Assembly: GCF_004010195.1 (NCBI RefSeq)
Contig: NC_057717.1
Location: 102,793,676 to 102,857,675 of the forward strand
DNA from: Chiloscyllium plagiosum
Lineage: Eukaryota
Length of the DNA stretch: 64,000 bases
Reading direction: 5' to 3'
Position 1 is the stretch's first letter, and each line of letters starts with the position of its first letter. Both the position numbers and the translations under genes were made by a program. The notes under the pieces were generated by a model. The model was not told the DNA's origin and ran no database searches. It saw only the letters and a list, made by a program, of their open reading frames with translations. Below, in pieces: positions 24,768-38,010 of the stretch.

Positions 24768-25410
24768 GTAAGTCTCTCTCGCTTACAGAAGGTGGGACAA
24801 CAGCAGAGAAACTGCCTCCCCAGAAGATGCCATGACTTTGTTTCTGGGAAAGCGATTTCCTACTAATTATCACTGGCATTGGATGCAATAGCGTGAAGGT
24901 TCACTCGGCTGATAGCTGCAGTGAAGGGACTGTCTTTCGAGTAAAGTTTGAGAAGGTAGGGTCTGTACCTGTGGGAGTCCAGTCATAATATGATAGGACA
25001 GGTCAGTCTGGTGCCTGGATGGTAAGGAGTCAAGAGGGGTATTGAGTGAATTGTCATGTACACAATTCTGCTGGGGCTTGACAGGATAGATGCTGAGAGA
25101 ATCCCCTACCCTGGGGCAGTTCAGAAAGAGGATGCAAATTGAAAAGAAGGGATTTGTCCTCAGACAAAGATGGGAGAAGTTTATTCTATACAAATTGTGA
25201 ATCTTTGGAATTCTCTATGGTAGAGAGGAGTGTGGTCTTGGACTCTGAATAGATTCCGTGCTCAAATACACACGTGTGTGAATGGGAAAGGAATTGTGGA
25301 TAGTGGGGAAACAGGCAAGCAGGTGAAGTTGTGGCCAAGATCAGGGCATTTTATAAACGCAGAGCAAACCCGACTTTGTACACTCACATTATCTGAATGG
25401 TCAGCATGAC

Positions 25411-25695
25411 TCCTTACCACCCAGTTACCAGGCTAACCTGTCCTACCATTTTACCACCCAGTTACCAGGCTAAATCATCCGACCATCTTACCACTCAATT
25501 ACCAGGCTAAACGTTCCTACCACCTTGCCACCCAGTTACCAGGCTAAACCGTCCTACCATCTTACCAACTGGTTACCAGGCTAAACGTTCCTACTACCTT
25601 ACCACCCAGTGACCAGGCTAACTTGTCCTACCATCTTAACACCCAGTTACCAGACTAACCTGTCCTACCATCTTAACATCCAGTTACCAGGGTAA
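25411..25695. repeat. 37-bp minisatellite, ~8 copies (ccatcttaccacccagttaccaggctaacctgtccta)
   Basis: accaggctaa recurs every 37 bp. Confidence 0.92.
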
Positions 25696-26057
25696 GTTGG
25701 CAAGCATCCAAGACACCCGTCCGAAAGTTTTGTTTTGCACTCCAAATTGTTGTGTTTTTTTTGGGGGGGGGGGGTTGGTCCCAGGAAATCACATTGATTT
25801 CAGAGCGCTAAAGTGATCGTGGTCTGAGAATGCAAGCATGCTCACCCTTGACCACTCTAATCTGTGGTGTCCCTCACATCCCAATGAGCTCCCGTTGTAA
25901 GGAAATATTTACGGCCCTCAATGCAATGTGGATTTGATAATTGTAGCTTTGGCCCATGACCCATTGGTCATTTTTATATAACGCCACATCAGAGATGGGA
26001 GATAAGCTCTTACCGCATGGTGATAGTTAACAGTGGGAAGTGTTGATGTGACCGTTT

Positions 26058-26293
26058 ATTTTATTTTCTATTTTTTCCCAAGCTACTGCCTAACTGCGGG
26101 AGTGCTTATATTATCCCCAGCACCCATGTTGTGTGTGTGCAGGGGTGAGACACAGTGAGAGACACAAGGTATACAAACTTTTATTCAGTTTCCACCACCA
26201 GGAAGAAAGGAAACACCCGAGTGGCCAGTGACAAGCACTGCCCTTCTCAGAGGACAATGCTACATGATCAAACAGTGAAGGGGAGGGCAGGGG
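26058..26293 (-). mobile_element. L1/Tx1-like 3' UTR insertion with 14-bp TSD
   Basis: tgatgtgac(c/a)gttt at 26044-26057 and 26294-26307; A-rich tail on the minus strand. Confidence 0.7.
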
Positions 26294-27291
26294 TGATGTG
26301 ACAGTTTTATTTAGTTCTGATGTAAGGTAAACCTACAGAATCTTAGAGCACAAAGCGAGATTAGTGGGCATCAGGCTTGGGGGAGTTGAGCACATTATGA
26401 CCCTCTCAACCACGTTTGGTTTTCAGTTTCTTTTTGAGAACTTTAATTTTGTTACACCGCCTGTTTAAGGGCCTAACGTTCACTAATTTACTCTCATGGG
26501 CTCTTTCGTAATTGGCTACCCACTAGGGTGTGGGAGAGAAAGAGGGTATGGGGATCGAGTTTGGACGGACAGCCACAATTATGTTGAATGGCAGAGCTGG
26601 CTTGAAGGGCAGTCCTGATCGTATTTTCAATGGAAGAGTTTAGCGAGAGACTGCTCGTGGGTTTAGAGGGTGCTGCAGCAGGATATTAAGATGGTTCATG
26701 AACCCGTCTAACCACTTGTCTTTCCTGTGCCCAGGAGGAGTCGGTGGTCCATGTTAGCACGGTGGTACTAACTTTGCAGCATGTCCTCCATTCTTCAGAG
26801 GCACTGCTCCTCATATTTTGTTTGCTGTTCGGCCCCTGATGTTTGGAGGCCTGTGTGCGGAGGGGAGAAGGGGCAAGTTTATGGGTGCATTCAAGGGTCT
26901 TCTTCTGGTTCAGGCCAACTTATTCATTATCATGCCCAGACAGGGGGGCATGCAGGGGTTACCTTGAGAAATGACTGCCCACCAGTCTTCCCTGGTTGTA
27001 CCCCTCCCCAGGTATCTTTGGAGAGGATAGTTTGAGGCCTTCAGAGTCAGTGATCCCCAAGCATTAGCTTTCCCTAAAATTATACTTTCGTTCAATTTCA
27101 AAAAGATGTTATTTTTATTACAGTGCCCCTGTTAAAAGGATGTCAACTAGTTGAGTTGTTTATTTGTTTAACTCATTTAATCAACGAGTGTAAATAGAAA
27201 GACTATCAGGCCCTGGTGGCACAGTGGTAGTGTCCCTATCTCTGAACCAGGAGACCTGGCTTCAAGTACCATCTGACCCAGAGGGTGTGTA

Positions 27292-27603
27292 CAGCTGCCC
27301 AATCGTTTATCCGAAATGCTCAGGACCAGCTGGTTTTCGGAATTCAGAATTTTTGAATTTCAGAATAAGTGACAGTTTGGTGAATTTCTTTTAAAAAATC
27401 TTACCGGAGGGACAGACTCTCGAGGCCTACCAGTGCTGGGCCACGCCCCCTCACGTCGTTTTTGAGTGACACGCATCATGTGGGTGTCGACTTGGGTTAA
27501 CTGTTTACACTCCAAACAATCTTGTCAATGAGAGAAAAAAAAACTTCACAAAAACATCTTCAGACTTCAGGGCTTTTTGGATTTCGGGATTTCAGATAAA
27601 GGG
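27292..27603. mobile_element. Tigger/pogo-type MITE (Tigger4/MER46-like) inserted at TA within a SINE
   Basis: ttatccgaaat ... atttcagataa inverted ends; TA at 27290-27291 and 27604-27605. Confidence 0.65.
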
Positions 27604-28245
27604 TAATACCATCTCTGACCACATCAGTTGGGGAACAAATATCTAGAGGGCTGTTGTGACAGCGGTAATGTCCCTTCCACTGAGCCAGGAGACCTGGGTC
27701 AAGGCCCACTTGCTTCGGAGTTGTGTCGTGATATTTCTGAACAAGTGGCTTCGAAAGTATGGACAAGCTGATTCTCTAGATGCCAGGTGATCTTTCACAG
27801 GCTGTGAGGAAGACTCTACCCTAATCACATCACCATCAACCGTTATCTATGGTGGGTAGGAGGTGGAAAAGTACCGTGGATGATTTAATGATGGTTCGGA
27901 AGGAAAAAAAACTGTTCAGTTTTGTGTAAGAATAGTTCTGGATATAAAAAGAGGGAAAAAAAATGAGAGACTTGGGCCCCCATGTGGTGCAGTGTTAGTG
28001 TCCCAGGTTCTTGATTCACCTGCCCCTGAAGGGTCTCTGGACAGACTGATTAGTAAATATCTATATAGCAGAAAACTGGGAGGTTAGGGTGCTGGGCACT
28101 AAAAAGCAGAGGATTGCAATGTTGCATTCCTTGGATAAACTAGTGATTGAGAATTTGTGTTTAGTTTTGTTCTTCTCCATCTTGGCTCTGGATCTGATTA
28201 ATAGGCTGGCCGCTCGATGACTGGTTTATTCCTCTTGTCTTCCAG

Positions 28246-28299
28246 GGGCCTCCAGGACTGAAAGGAGCAGAAGGACCAATGGGTACACCTGGACCGACG
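28246..28299 (+). CDS. COL5A3: collagen exon 54 bp: GPPGLKGAEGPMGTPGPT
   Basis: ttccag|GGG...ACG|gtaagt. Confidence 0.95.
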
Positions 28300-29537
28300 G
28301 TAAGTAAGATCCCTCATCCATGTTGTATCTATCTCATCAAGCACTGTTCCTTCGAGACTGAATGATCTCAATCCCCTAGTGACTGGATCTCATAACCTGT
28401 GCTCCCAAGCCAGGGATCCAAAGTTTGGATCATGAAGAGGAACTGGACGTACATTTCCTGGGATGTAAAGGATGAAGGGGTTGATATTTTTGAGGATTTT
28501 GGGACGAATCTATTGAGTAGGTAGACAGAAGCTGGTGGAGGGGACCAGGGCAAGGAATCGCAATCTTAAAATCAAAACAAGGCCCTCAGGTTTGTAAACA
28601 AAGTGGAGAGCACTTTTATTTTATCACTTATGTGATGTAAGGGTTACTGGCTAGGCCAGCGTTTTTGGCTCATCCCTCCTTACCCATTGAGAAGCTGATG
28701 GTGAGCTGCCTTTTTGATCCACTGCAGTCCAATGGGTGTAGATAGACCCACAATGCCCTGAGGGAGAGAATTCCAGGATTTTGACCCAGTGACAGTGAAG
28801 GAACAGCCGAATATATTTCAACTTCAGGGTGATGCTGCTGTTGTTTCCCGAACCTTAGTTGATGTCAGATGGTGCATTTGCTTTAATTCCTACTGATACA
28901 ATAGAGCTTGCTTGGGTCAGTTCAGGGGACAGGTAAGAGTCAGCCACATTACTGCGGGTCTGGAGTCATATAGAGGATGGTAGTCTTCCCTCCTCGAAGG
29001 ACAATAGTTAATCTTTAACAACAATCGACAATAGTTTCAGGGGTCTGATTAGGACTTCTAACTATTTTTCAAAACTAAATGCAAATTCCACCATCTGCTG
29101 TGGATGGATTTGGATGCAGGTCCTCAGAGTATTCCCGTCATGTTAATGGTCCAGTGACAATACCACTAGGCTAACTCCTCCCCACACTAAAAGTAACAGG
29201 AGATGCTGAAGCTGGATTAACCATCTGAAACCGGAGTCCCTGTGTCTAAGGGACATGGAACCCTGGTAGGTGGATGGAAGTAGAAATCAGATGTGATGGT
29301 CTATATCTGAGCTGTCTTCAGCCTGCAATGCCTCAACCTGCTCCTATTTCCTGGGTTGCTGTGTCAATGTATTTCTTGCTGTGCTTTTAAAGGCTCTGAA
29401 CTTGCCAATGGCCAACAGAAATGGACATCTTAACCCTCCGCCCAATTGGGTTTGGAGAAGATGTCAGATTCTGGTGATGCCATTCATAGGGACTCTCAGC
29501 AATGTTGGATGACCTAACCCTTGTTGTCTCTCTACAG

Positions 29538-29645
29538 GGGTCCACAGGCGAACGTGGGCCGAATGGTCCAGCTGGTGCTATCGGCCTCCCTGGTCGACCC
29601 GGTAGTCCAGGGCCCCCAGGCCCTATTGGAGAGAAAGGAGCCCCT
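29538..29645 (+). CDS. COL5A3: collagen exon 108 bp: [36 protein letters not shown]
   Basis: ctacag|GGG...CCT|gtaagt. Confidence 0.96.
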
Positions 29646-30315
29646 GTAAGTCCTCCCGTCAGTTTCTAAAACTGAGCCAATTGCCGTTGATCCAGATGAA
29701 TGTTGTCCCTTTTTCGGTCAGGGTGCTTGGAGCTGGAGAGATGGGGAGGGGGCTGAGAGGGAGCTGTGGGGGGTGCAGAGGCTGCACGTTCCTCCTTCTC
29801 ATGTTAGCAATGGCGTTACGGTGTTACTATTGCTGACCAAGAGACATGTTGTTGAAACTCTTCACCTCCCGCTCATCAGGACACAATCGCAAGAACACCA
29901 AATCTTAAAGGGAACGCCAATTTAGCTTGCATGAGATCTGGTCACAGCAGGGGTAGGCCATTCGGTCCAAGTCTGCCCCACCATTCATGGCTGCTCTGAG
30001 AATCCTCAGATCCACTGACCTGCCTCTCCCCCGGTACCCTTGTTCCTTTTTACTGATTGAAAATCTAGCCGAGCTTTGAATACACTGTTTGACCCAGCCC
30101 TCTGCAATACAGATCCCCACAGACTGACTATCTTCAGGGTAAAACAAAACCTCCTGTTCTCTGTTTTACATGCGCGACCCCTTATCCTGAGTTTATGCCC
30201 TCTCCCACAACCTCTCCACGGGAGTGTAAGTCCTGCTGCAGAGAGCTGGGCCCTGAACTGGGGTTGGAACTTGACATTGAGTGAGTGCAGTCACTCTCTG
30301 GAGGGGAAAATAACA

Positions 30316-30695
30316 ATAAAGAAGTGCGGATGCTTGAAATCAGAAACAAAATCAGAAATCGCTGGAAAAACTCAGCAGCACAGATGGTTTCTCTGCACTG
30401 ATGCTGCCAGATCTGCTGAGTTTTTCCAACAATTTCTGATTTTGCTTCTCTCCCCAAAAGGACCTCATCATCACTGACACTCAAAGATCTTGGGCAAAAG
30501 CCAACGATTGGAGCTCTCTAATTTAGTCAAATTTCCGCCAACCTCCAGCAGTTGAGAATCCAGAACCCCGCAGTGAGCGAAACTGACTGTTCCGAAATAT
30601 TAACTCTGCTTTTTCTATCCACGGACGCTGCCAGACCTGCTGAGTTTCTCCAGCACTCTCTGCTCTCATTTCTGGTTGCCAGCGTCTGCGATATA
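30316..30695. mobile_element. two family-D Penelope-like terminal-repeat remnants (30316-30448 fold-back; 30585-30695)
   Basis: ga(t/c)gctgccaga(t/c)ctgctgagttt motif; inverted arms in the first. Confidence 0.6.
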
Positions 30696-31000
30696 ATGTT
30701 ATAATTTGTGTGCCCAGGAGTCCCTTTACTTAAAAATCAGTCAACTGAAGCGCAATCGCCAATTGCGAATGGAATGTGCTGGTCCACACGAAAGGGTTTC
30801 ATCTGCTTAAAAGTGACTGAATTGAAGAAGCCATGAGCTGGCTGTAGAGCGGGTGGTGTTTGCATTGTCAACAATTCGGTATCTTTTAGTTGCATGGTCA
30901 TCCACTGGTGGGCTGGATGCACAAGCGCTGGGTGTTCTAAATGGGAGTGCATGTGTCTAAAGGTGTCCATCATTGACCCTGTTTCTGTTTTCATGTCCAG

Positions 31001-31108
31001 GGCGACAAAGGCCTTCCAGGTCCTGCAGGTGATGACGGTGTCCAAGGTCCCCTGGGTTTACCAGGTCCGACTGGTTCTCAAGGCCCGCCGGGAGATTATG
31101 GCGACAAG
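31001..31108 (+). CDS. COL5A3: collagen exon 108 bp: [36 protein letters not shown]
   Basis: gtccag|GGC...AAG|gtacac. Confidence 0.95.
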
Positions 31109-32053
31109 GTACACTAGATATTCTTTCATACGGTCCCCCAATGGGCCACCTGCAATCGTCTTACACACCGTAGTGTGTGGTTGGACAGCTGTGTTCATAG
31201 CACTGTTAAAGCGAATGGCCAGGTTTATGCGTGCAAAGGGTATACCATAGTCATGGAGAGTAGAGATAGGCCATTCAAGCCCATCAGGTCTGCTCCGCCT
31301 GATCTGAGAGTGTCTGCTGATTGTGACGGAGTCCTGATGGCACCAGAACCACTGCCCTGAGGATGGAGCCAGTGGTTTGAGTTGCGTGCTTGGCCTACCC
31401 TGTTACACGCTCTCTCCTCACTGCTGCGCACGAATGGATTTCCATTCAAGTAGACTAACGGGGTGTCCTATAGCGGTGTCGTGGCACAGTCCCTCCTCCA
31501 GACGTGGTGCTCCGGGTTTGAGTCCTTCCCGGATATTCATGGAGGTCCATTCGTTGGACAGCCAAACAAATTGAGAGTCCACCTGTAGATCCCACTCCAC
31601 TTGTGGAATCGCTGACGCCACAGCCTCTAGTGATAAGCTAACAACGTATCCCAGGAATAACAAGTTGCAGAAATCCTACATAAGGTCTTGTTTTGTCCAC
31701 TCCATCTGTCTCCAGACATGGGGAATCTGAGAGGTATTACCGCTGTAGGGTAAGCAAGCTCCTGGTTCACACTGGTCAGCTCAATACTCTTCCTATGTAT
31801 GTGGCATGAAAGAGTTTTTGACTCTGATAAAATGTTCATTATATCTGGCAGCTGTTTTGTAACTCGCCTCCATGTTGAAAGGACAAGCTTTCATGTTGTG
31901 AGATGATCGCTCAGTGGTGTTGTGGGATCAACCACTGGTGGCTTGTGTTTGAGATTGAGAGCTTCCTATAGAAGGCCACAGGACCTGTCCAGTTAGCAGT
32001 AATAAAGGATCAACCACTGTCAGTGTTAACCAAAAAAAAAGCAACAAACCAGT

Positions 32054-32392
32054 ACAGTGGCTCAGTGGTTAGCACTGCTGCCTCACAGTACCAGGGACCT
32101 GGATTCAACTCCAGCCTTGGGTGACTGTCTGTGTGGAGACTGCAAATTCTTCCTGTGTCTGCGTGGGCTTCCTCCGGGTACTCCGGTTTCCTCCCACAGT
32201 CCAAAGACGTGTCGGTTAGGGTGGATTGGCCATGCTCAATCACTTATAGCATGCAGGCTAGGTGGGTTAGCCATGGAAAGTGCAAGATTAATAGGTTTGG
32301 GGGGGGGAGGTGGATCTGGGTGGGATGCTCTTCTGAGGGTTGGTGTGGATTCAATGGGTCAAATGGCCTGCTTCCACACTGTAGGGATTCTG
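32054..32392 (+). mobile_element. HE1-type SINE
   Basis: gtggctcagtggttagcactgctgcctcacag ... ccacactgtagggattct. Confidence 0.9.
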
Positions 32393-32624
32393 TAAACAAG
32401 ATTGTATAATAGTAACAGGCACAAATTGTATTAAATATCTGGGCATAATGGTTAAGACTAACTAGAGAGGATGGATCTGACTCTACTGGAATCTAGATTC
32501 CTGGATTTTCCACCCAAGACAGTGTGAGATCATCAGATTGACTGAAGCCTAATACAGTCACTGCCACTCACCCTTTCTGAACCATCACCTTATACAATAA
32601 GCACCAAATCCTGACTGCAGAAAC

Positions 32625-33010
32625 AATAAGACCATCGGAGTGGAAGTAAGGCCATTCAGCCCATCGAGTCCACTCCGCCATTCAACCATGGCTGATGGGC
32701 ATTTCAACTTCACTTACCCACACTCTCCCTCAGCCCTTAATTCCTTGCGAGATCAAGGACTTATCAATCTCTGCCTTGAAGACATTTAACGTCCAGCCTC
32801 CGTTGCGCACCGTGACAATGAATTCCACAGGCCCACCACACTCTGGCTGAAGAAATGTCACTTTGTTTCTGTTCTAAGTTGACCCCCTCTAATTCTAAGG
32901 CTGTGCCCACAGGTCCTAGTCTCCCTGCCTAACGGAAACAAATTCCCAGCGTCCACCCTTTCTAAGCCATGCATTATCTTGTAAGTTTCTATTAGATCTC
33001 CCCTCCACAA
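32625..33010 (-). mobile_element. CR1 LINE 3' fragment
   Basis: aggccattcagcccatcgagtcc tail, gaattccacag, attagatctcccctc. Confidence 0.75.
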
Positions 33011-33815
33011 TGGTGACACTGTCGCTCCTGTCCCACAATTGGTAGCCTTCTGTCTTCAGTGAACAGTCAAGGTCATTGGAGCCACAGAAACTCAGCAACT
33101 AACTAACGGAGGTTAACATGACAGTGCAACTCCGAGCGAGAGAGTCACTTTGGGTCACGAGCTAATCTTCTTCATCTGACCTAGTGATCTGTCTGGATGT
33201 TAGAGTCTCGGATACCCATTGACAAAGGGTCTTGTGCTGTCTTGTCCTTCCTACAAATGTACTGTCAGATCTAACTAAGATCTCAGCTTGGTGCCTATAG
33301 TAGGATTTTACCATTTTCAAAACGAATGCTCCGTTTGCACTCCTCCACAGCAGGTCAATGCAGTTCCATTTATCTGAAAGCACTTTGCGATGTTAGTAAT
33401 GCAAGCCTCTCTCCATCTCTGACTCCCGCTTCTCTATCTCTCCCTTCTCCCTCATCCATCTTTTCCTCCCCCCTTTCCTCCTCTGCTCTGCCTGACTTTG
33501 CATTGGCCTTTCCCACTGGACTGAACATAAAAGTGTGTGTAAATGCCGAATGCAGGGACAGTTTGCAGTTCGACTCAATCCATCTTTAAAAAGAGATGCT
33601 GGATATTCTCATACATGTCAGCTGCGATAAGGGTTAATCTTGTTTTACTAGGGCCAGTTGCTGCTCAGGGACTAAAAAGGCAGCTGTGAACAACAGTTTA
33701 TCCACATTGATATTGAGTGTTTGGCCTGACTGCTGTGAGTCACAGAATAACTGAATTATTAACTATTTGGTCCACTGTGCTTGCACTGACTCCTCAAATG
33801 AGCATCGTTAACCCT

Positions 33816-33932
33816 TCCTTATGAACCAAAACGTCAATTCTCCTGCTCCTCGGATGCTGCCTGACCTACTGTGCTTTTCCAGCACCACACTCTCGACTCT
33901 GATCTCCAGCATCTGCAGTCCTCACTTTCACT
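33816..33932 (+). mobile_element. family A Penelope-like terminal-repeat insertion with 12-bp TSD
   Basis: atcgttaaccct 33804-33815 / atcattaaccct 33933-33944. Confidence 0.75.
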
Positions 33933-34924
33933 ATCATTAACCCTGTGCCAATGTCCTCCTTTTCCCCAAAACCCTGCACACCATTTCAATCCAAACAACC
34001 ATCCGATACCCACTCAAGTGCCTCAATTCAACCCACCTCCACCACATTCCCAGGCAGTGAGGACCACCTCCTAACTACTCACCTTGTTAAAGAATGTGGC
34101 TTTTGTTTCACGCCACCCTTGCTCCTTTTGCACATCACTTTAAATCTACGCCTTCTCATTCTCATCCCTTTTATGAGTGGAAACTGCTTCTCCCTCTCTC
34201 ATCTCTCCAGCCCCAGTGATGATCTTGAAAACCACAATCCCCTCCCAGCTGCCTTCACTCTGAGGAAGAACAGACTCGATTTCTTCAACTAATCCACATC
34301 GCTGGAACCATTCTGGTAAATCGCTTCGGCACTCTCTCCAGTGCTGCCACATCATTCCCACATCTTTCCCTAAACTGTACACAATACTTTGGAAACTGGT
34401 TCAGTGTTGTTACCCATCTTTGGCACTGATTGTGAGGTCTGTTAGTCTGTCAATGCCATCTGCAAGCCTTAGATCATCAGACGTAAAAATCCCCAGAAGG
34501 GACTTGATTTAATTTCCTCCACTCTTTCGCCAAACTGTCTGCTAGTTTGTTTTTTGACCTCCCTACCCTTTCTGATCGAATAGAAAGAATCCATTATTTT
34601 TGAAATGGCTGTTCCATGGCCTGGTTTGACAAGTAATCCCATGCATTATAATTGTCCATGCATTTTGATGTATACTCATGAAGAACTTCAATATGAGTTT
34701 CAGCTTTCTGCTTGACATGATGTAGTTGAAAACATAGCCAAAACAGGGAGCCCAGCCGAGGAGGTCAGGCAGCATCCGAGGAGCAGGAAAATCGACGTTA
34801 CGGACAAAAGCACTTCATCCTGCTTTCTCCTAGCCCAGGCTAGAAAGCAAGTTCTAGGCTTCAAAGGTCGAACTCCACAGAATAACGCATAGTTACTTCT
34901 TTTCTGCTGGTTGATTAGATAAGG

Positions 34925-35248
34925 GTACCTCAGTGGTTAGCACTGCTGCGTCACAGCACCAGGGACACTGGTTCGATCCCAGCTTCGGGTGACTGTGTGG
35001 AGTTTGCACGTTCTCCCCATGTCTGCGTGGGTTTCCTCCGGGTGCTCTGGTTTCCTCCCACAGTCCAAAGATGTGCAGGTCAGGGTGGATTGGCCATGCT
35101 AAATTGCCCATGGTGTTCAGGTTAGGTGCATTAGTCAGGGGTAAATGTAGAGTCATAGGGGAATGGGTCTGGATGAGTTACTCTTTGGAGGGTCGGTGTG
35201 GACTTGTTGGGCCAAATGGCCTGTTTCCACACTGTGGGGATTCTATGA
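34925..35248 (+). mobile_element. HE1-type SINE
   Basis: Head and tail as in the other copies. Confidence 0.9.
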
Positions 35249-36394
35249 TCTGTGTGAATCATAGTGAATGGTTTATTCTCAACACTGAGGCACATCCGTC
35301 GGCAGAAACTTATAAGCCTTACAATCATGAGTGTCAATGGAGTGTTGGTGCTCATAATGAGGAATGAAATACTAAGTGTGCCTCCTGCTACAGAGGAATT
35401 AGGAATAGGCAGCAAATGTTCATCTTGCCAGCAACCACGAGAGATGAAAAGTAAGAATGGTCACTGTATATCCAGTCTGTTTGCTTCATGGAGGATGATC
35501 TATCCACTTTGATATCTCACCCATCACTAACACAGTTCCTGTTCTGTCCAATGCTCTATTGGTTGCTGGACGTCTCCCCTGTGCTTGTGTTGCCTTGTTT
35601 CCAATACCCTCCTGACTGCCACGCTTCTTAATTTCCCTCCGCTGTTATACAATGGGGATAGATTTTTACTGCCAGCTTTGGTTTGTGTGTCAGCGTTGGA
35701 TGTTCTGTCAGAAGGCATCAGTTAGTAATTAAGGAATTGGTTTGAAAGCAATGGGCCACTGGCAGGGTGACCTGGTGTCAAAACCGCTGTCCTTGAAACA
35801 GACAAGTGGATCCGGGGAAGTATCTAATCAGTTATGCGGACAAACTTAACAATCGGGGCAATATAAAGCTGTCCCTTTGCAAAACCATTTGAGATAGTCA
35901 GGGGGAGTGGAGAGACAATACCTAGGCTCCATATTCATCATTCACGAACCCTGTTATGAGTGTGAACTGTCCTCCCCAAAGTTTCTCTGAAATACTTTGC
36001 TTTAATTGAACTAGCTGACATTATCGTCCCTTGACTGATTGCTCATGTGTTTCACGAAATGGATTTTACCTCGATTGTGACCAATGGCTCTGTTTGAATG
36101 GGCTCCTCAGTATTGGTTGTCAATTTCAAGCCTTTTAATGAGACATTTCAGTTCGAACTTGTACAGAGTTTTTTTCTTAAATTCACTTATAGATTGCTCA
36201 GCCTCCCGATTATTCACAGCTGCATAAACAGACCATTCAGCCCAGCTCTTCATGCTGTCGCTCGTTCTCCACACAAATCTCAACTCACCCGATCAATGCC
36301 AATATATCCTTCCATTCTCTAATCCTGCAATTATTCACTCAACTTCCCTTTAAGTGCATCAGTGTTAATTATTCCAATATCTTCAAGTGGGAGT

Positions 36395-36623
36395 TGAAAT
36401 AACTCCACAGAGGCTGGTAACCCATCACCAAATCACCCTTTATATACACGGAGAGAGTCCTTGACCCCATGCTCCAGCTCCCTCAGAGCAAGCCCTCAGA
36501 GTGAACAGAACCTCTCACGCTCCTGTTGATATCTGTCAGCCCAGGCTCCCTGATTGGACAAGATTAACAGCCCCAATCAGGGAACGCATATCCTCTGAGG
36601 TCCACCTGACTGACCCTGTTACA
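36395..36623. mobile_element. solo-LTR-like repeat
   Basis: TG...CA ends (tgaaataa...gttaca); second copy at 582-684; no clear TSD. Confidence 0.45.
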
Positions 36624-36776
36624 TGGGTAAATTCCAAATTCCAAATCTCTGAGTGAAGAGGCATTTTTCTAGATTTTCTACCCAATTTAATGGAGAATTT
36701 CTTGTATCTGTTCTCCCTAGTCTTCGGTCTTTCATTTCATCCTCCAAGTGCGAAAGGGAGAAGCTGGGCGAGATTT

Positions 36777-37000
36777 GAAAGTTGAAAAGATTGCTGGAAA
36801 AGCTCAGCAGGTCTGGCAGTATCTGTGAGGAGAAATCAGAGTTAATGTTTCAGTTCCAGTGACCCTTCCTCAGAACCAGTGACTGACCTGAAATGTTAAC
36901 TCTGATTTCTCCTCACAGATGCTGCCAGACCTGCTGAGCTTTTCCAGCAACTTGTGTTTTTGTTTCTGATTTACGGCATTTGCAGTTGTTTTGGTTATTA
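36777..37000. mobile_element. fold-back Penelope-like insertion (family D) with perfect 13-bp TSD
   Basis: ctgggcgagattt at 36764-36776 and 37001-37013; reverse complement of 36841-36876 is gtt CTGAGGA agggtcactggaact GAAA ca TT aac. Confidence 0.8.
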
Positions 37001-37113
37001 CTGGGCGAGATTTTAACTTGTCCATGTTCCACCCACTGGTAAAAGCAATTAAAATCAGGCCTAGCTTTTTCTGTTCATCCTCTATCCTATCAAGCCCTTT
37101 CATCATGTCTCAA

Positions 37114-37404
37114 AGGTGGCTCAGTGGTTAGCATTGCTGCCTCACAGCACCAGGGTCCCGGGTTCGATTCCAGCCTCAAGCGACTATCTGTGTGGAGTTT
37201 GCACGTTCTCCCTGTGTCTGTGTGCGTTTTCTCTGGGTACTCTGGTTTCCTCCCACAATCCAAAGACCTGCAGGTCAGGTGAATTGGCCATGCTAAATTG
37301 CCTATAGTGTTAGGGGGATGGGTCTGGGTGGGTTACTCTTCGGAGGGTCGGTGTGGACTGGTTGGCCCAAATGGGCCTGTTTCCACACTGTAGGGAATGT
37401 AATC
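37114..37404 (+). mobile_element. HE1-type SINE
   Basis: Head and tail as in the other copies. Confidence 0.9.
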
Positions 37405-37690
37405 TTAAAAAACAAAAAGCATTCTCACGGTCAAGGTAACCTGTAGGTTTACTTTGGACGGTTTTACCCGATGAACATGTATTCGATACATCTTAGTTTG
37501 AAAGGCTTTATCAAAGATGGCTTTAATTTCCTAAAATTACTCGGAATGTACAGCGTAAAACTGTGCTGATTTGGAGGCACAGTGGTAATGTTCCACCCTC
37601 TGAATCGGGAGGTACTGATTCAGTCCCACCATCCTGCAGTGGTGTATATTAACTTCGCTGAAGAGGTAGATTAGAAATGTAGAACACTGT

Positions 37691-38010
37691 CGGGGTGGCT
37701 CAGTGGTTCGCACTGCTGCCCTCACAGCACCAGGGACCCGGGTTTGATCCCAGCCTCGGGTATCTGTCTGTGTGGAGTTTGCACATTCTCACCGTGTCTG
37801 TGTGGGTTTTCTCCGGTTTCCTCCCACAGTCCAAAGATGTGCAGGTGAGATGGATTGGCCATGCTGAATTGCCCGTAGTGTTCAGGGATGTGTAGGCTGG
37901 GTGAGTTGACCAGGGGAAATGTGGGTTTACAGGGACAGAGTTGGGGGGTGCAGGTCTGGGTGGGATGCTCTTCGGAGGGTCAGTGCAGACTGAATGGCCT
38001 TTACCACACT
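37691..38010 (+). mobile_element. HE1-type SINE
   Basis: Head and tail as in the other copies. Confidence 0.9.

Noticed and set aside
33645..33690. Candidate for the missing 54-bp exon (tag|ggccag...); also cag|ggtgac at ~35765
   Set aside because: No Gly-X-Y periodicity; the first has an early stop.
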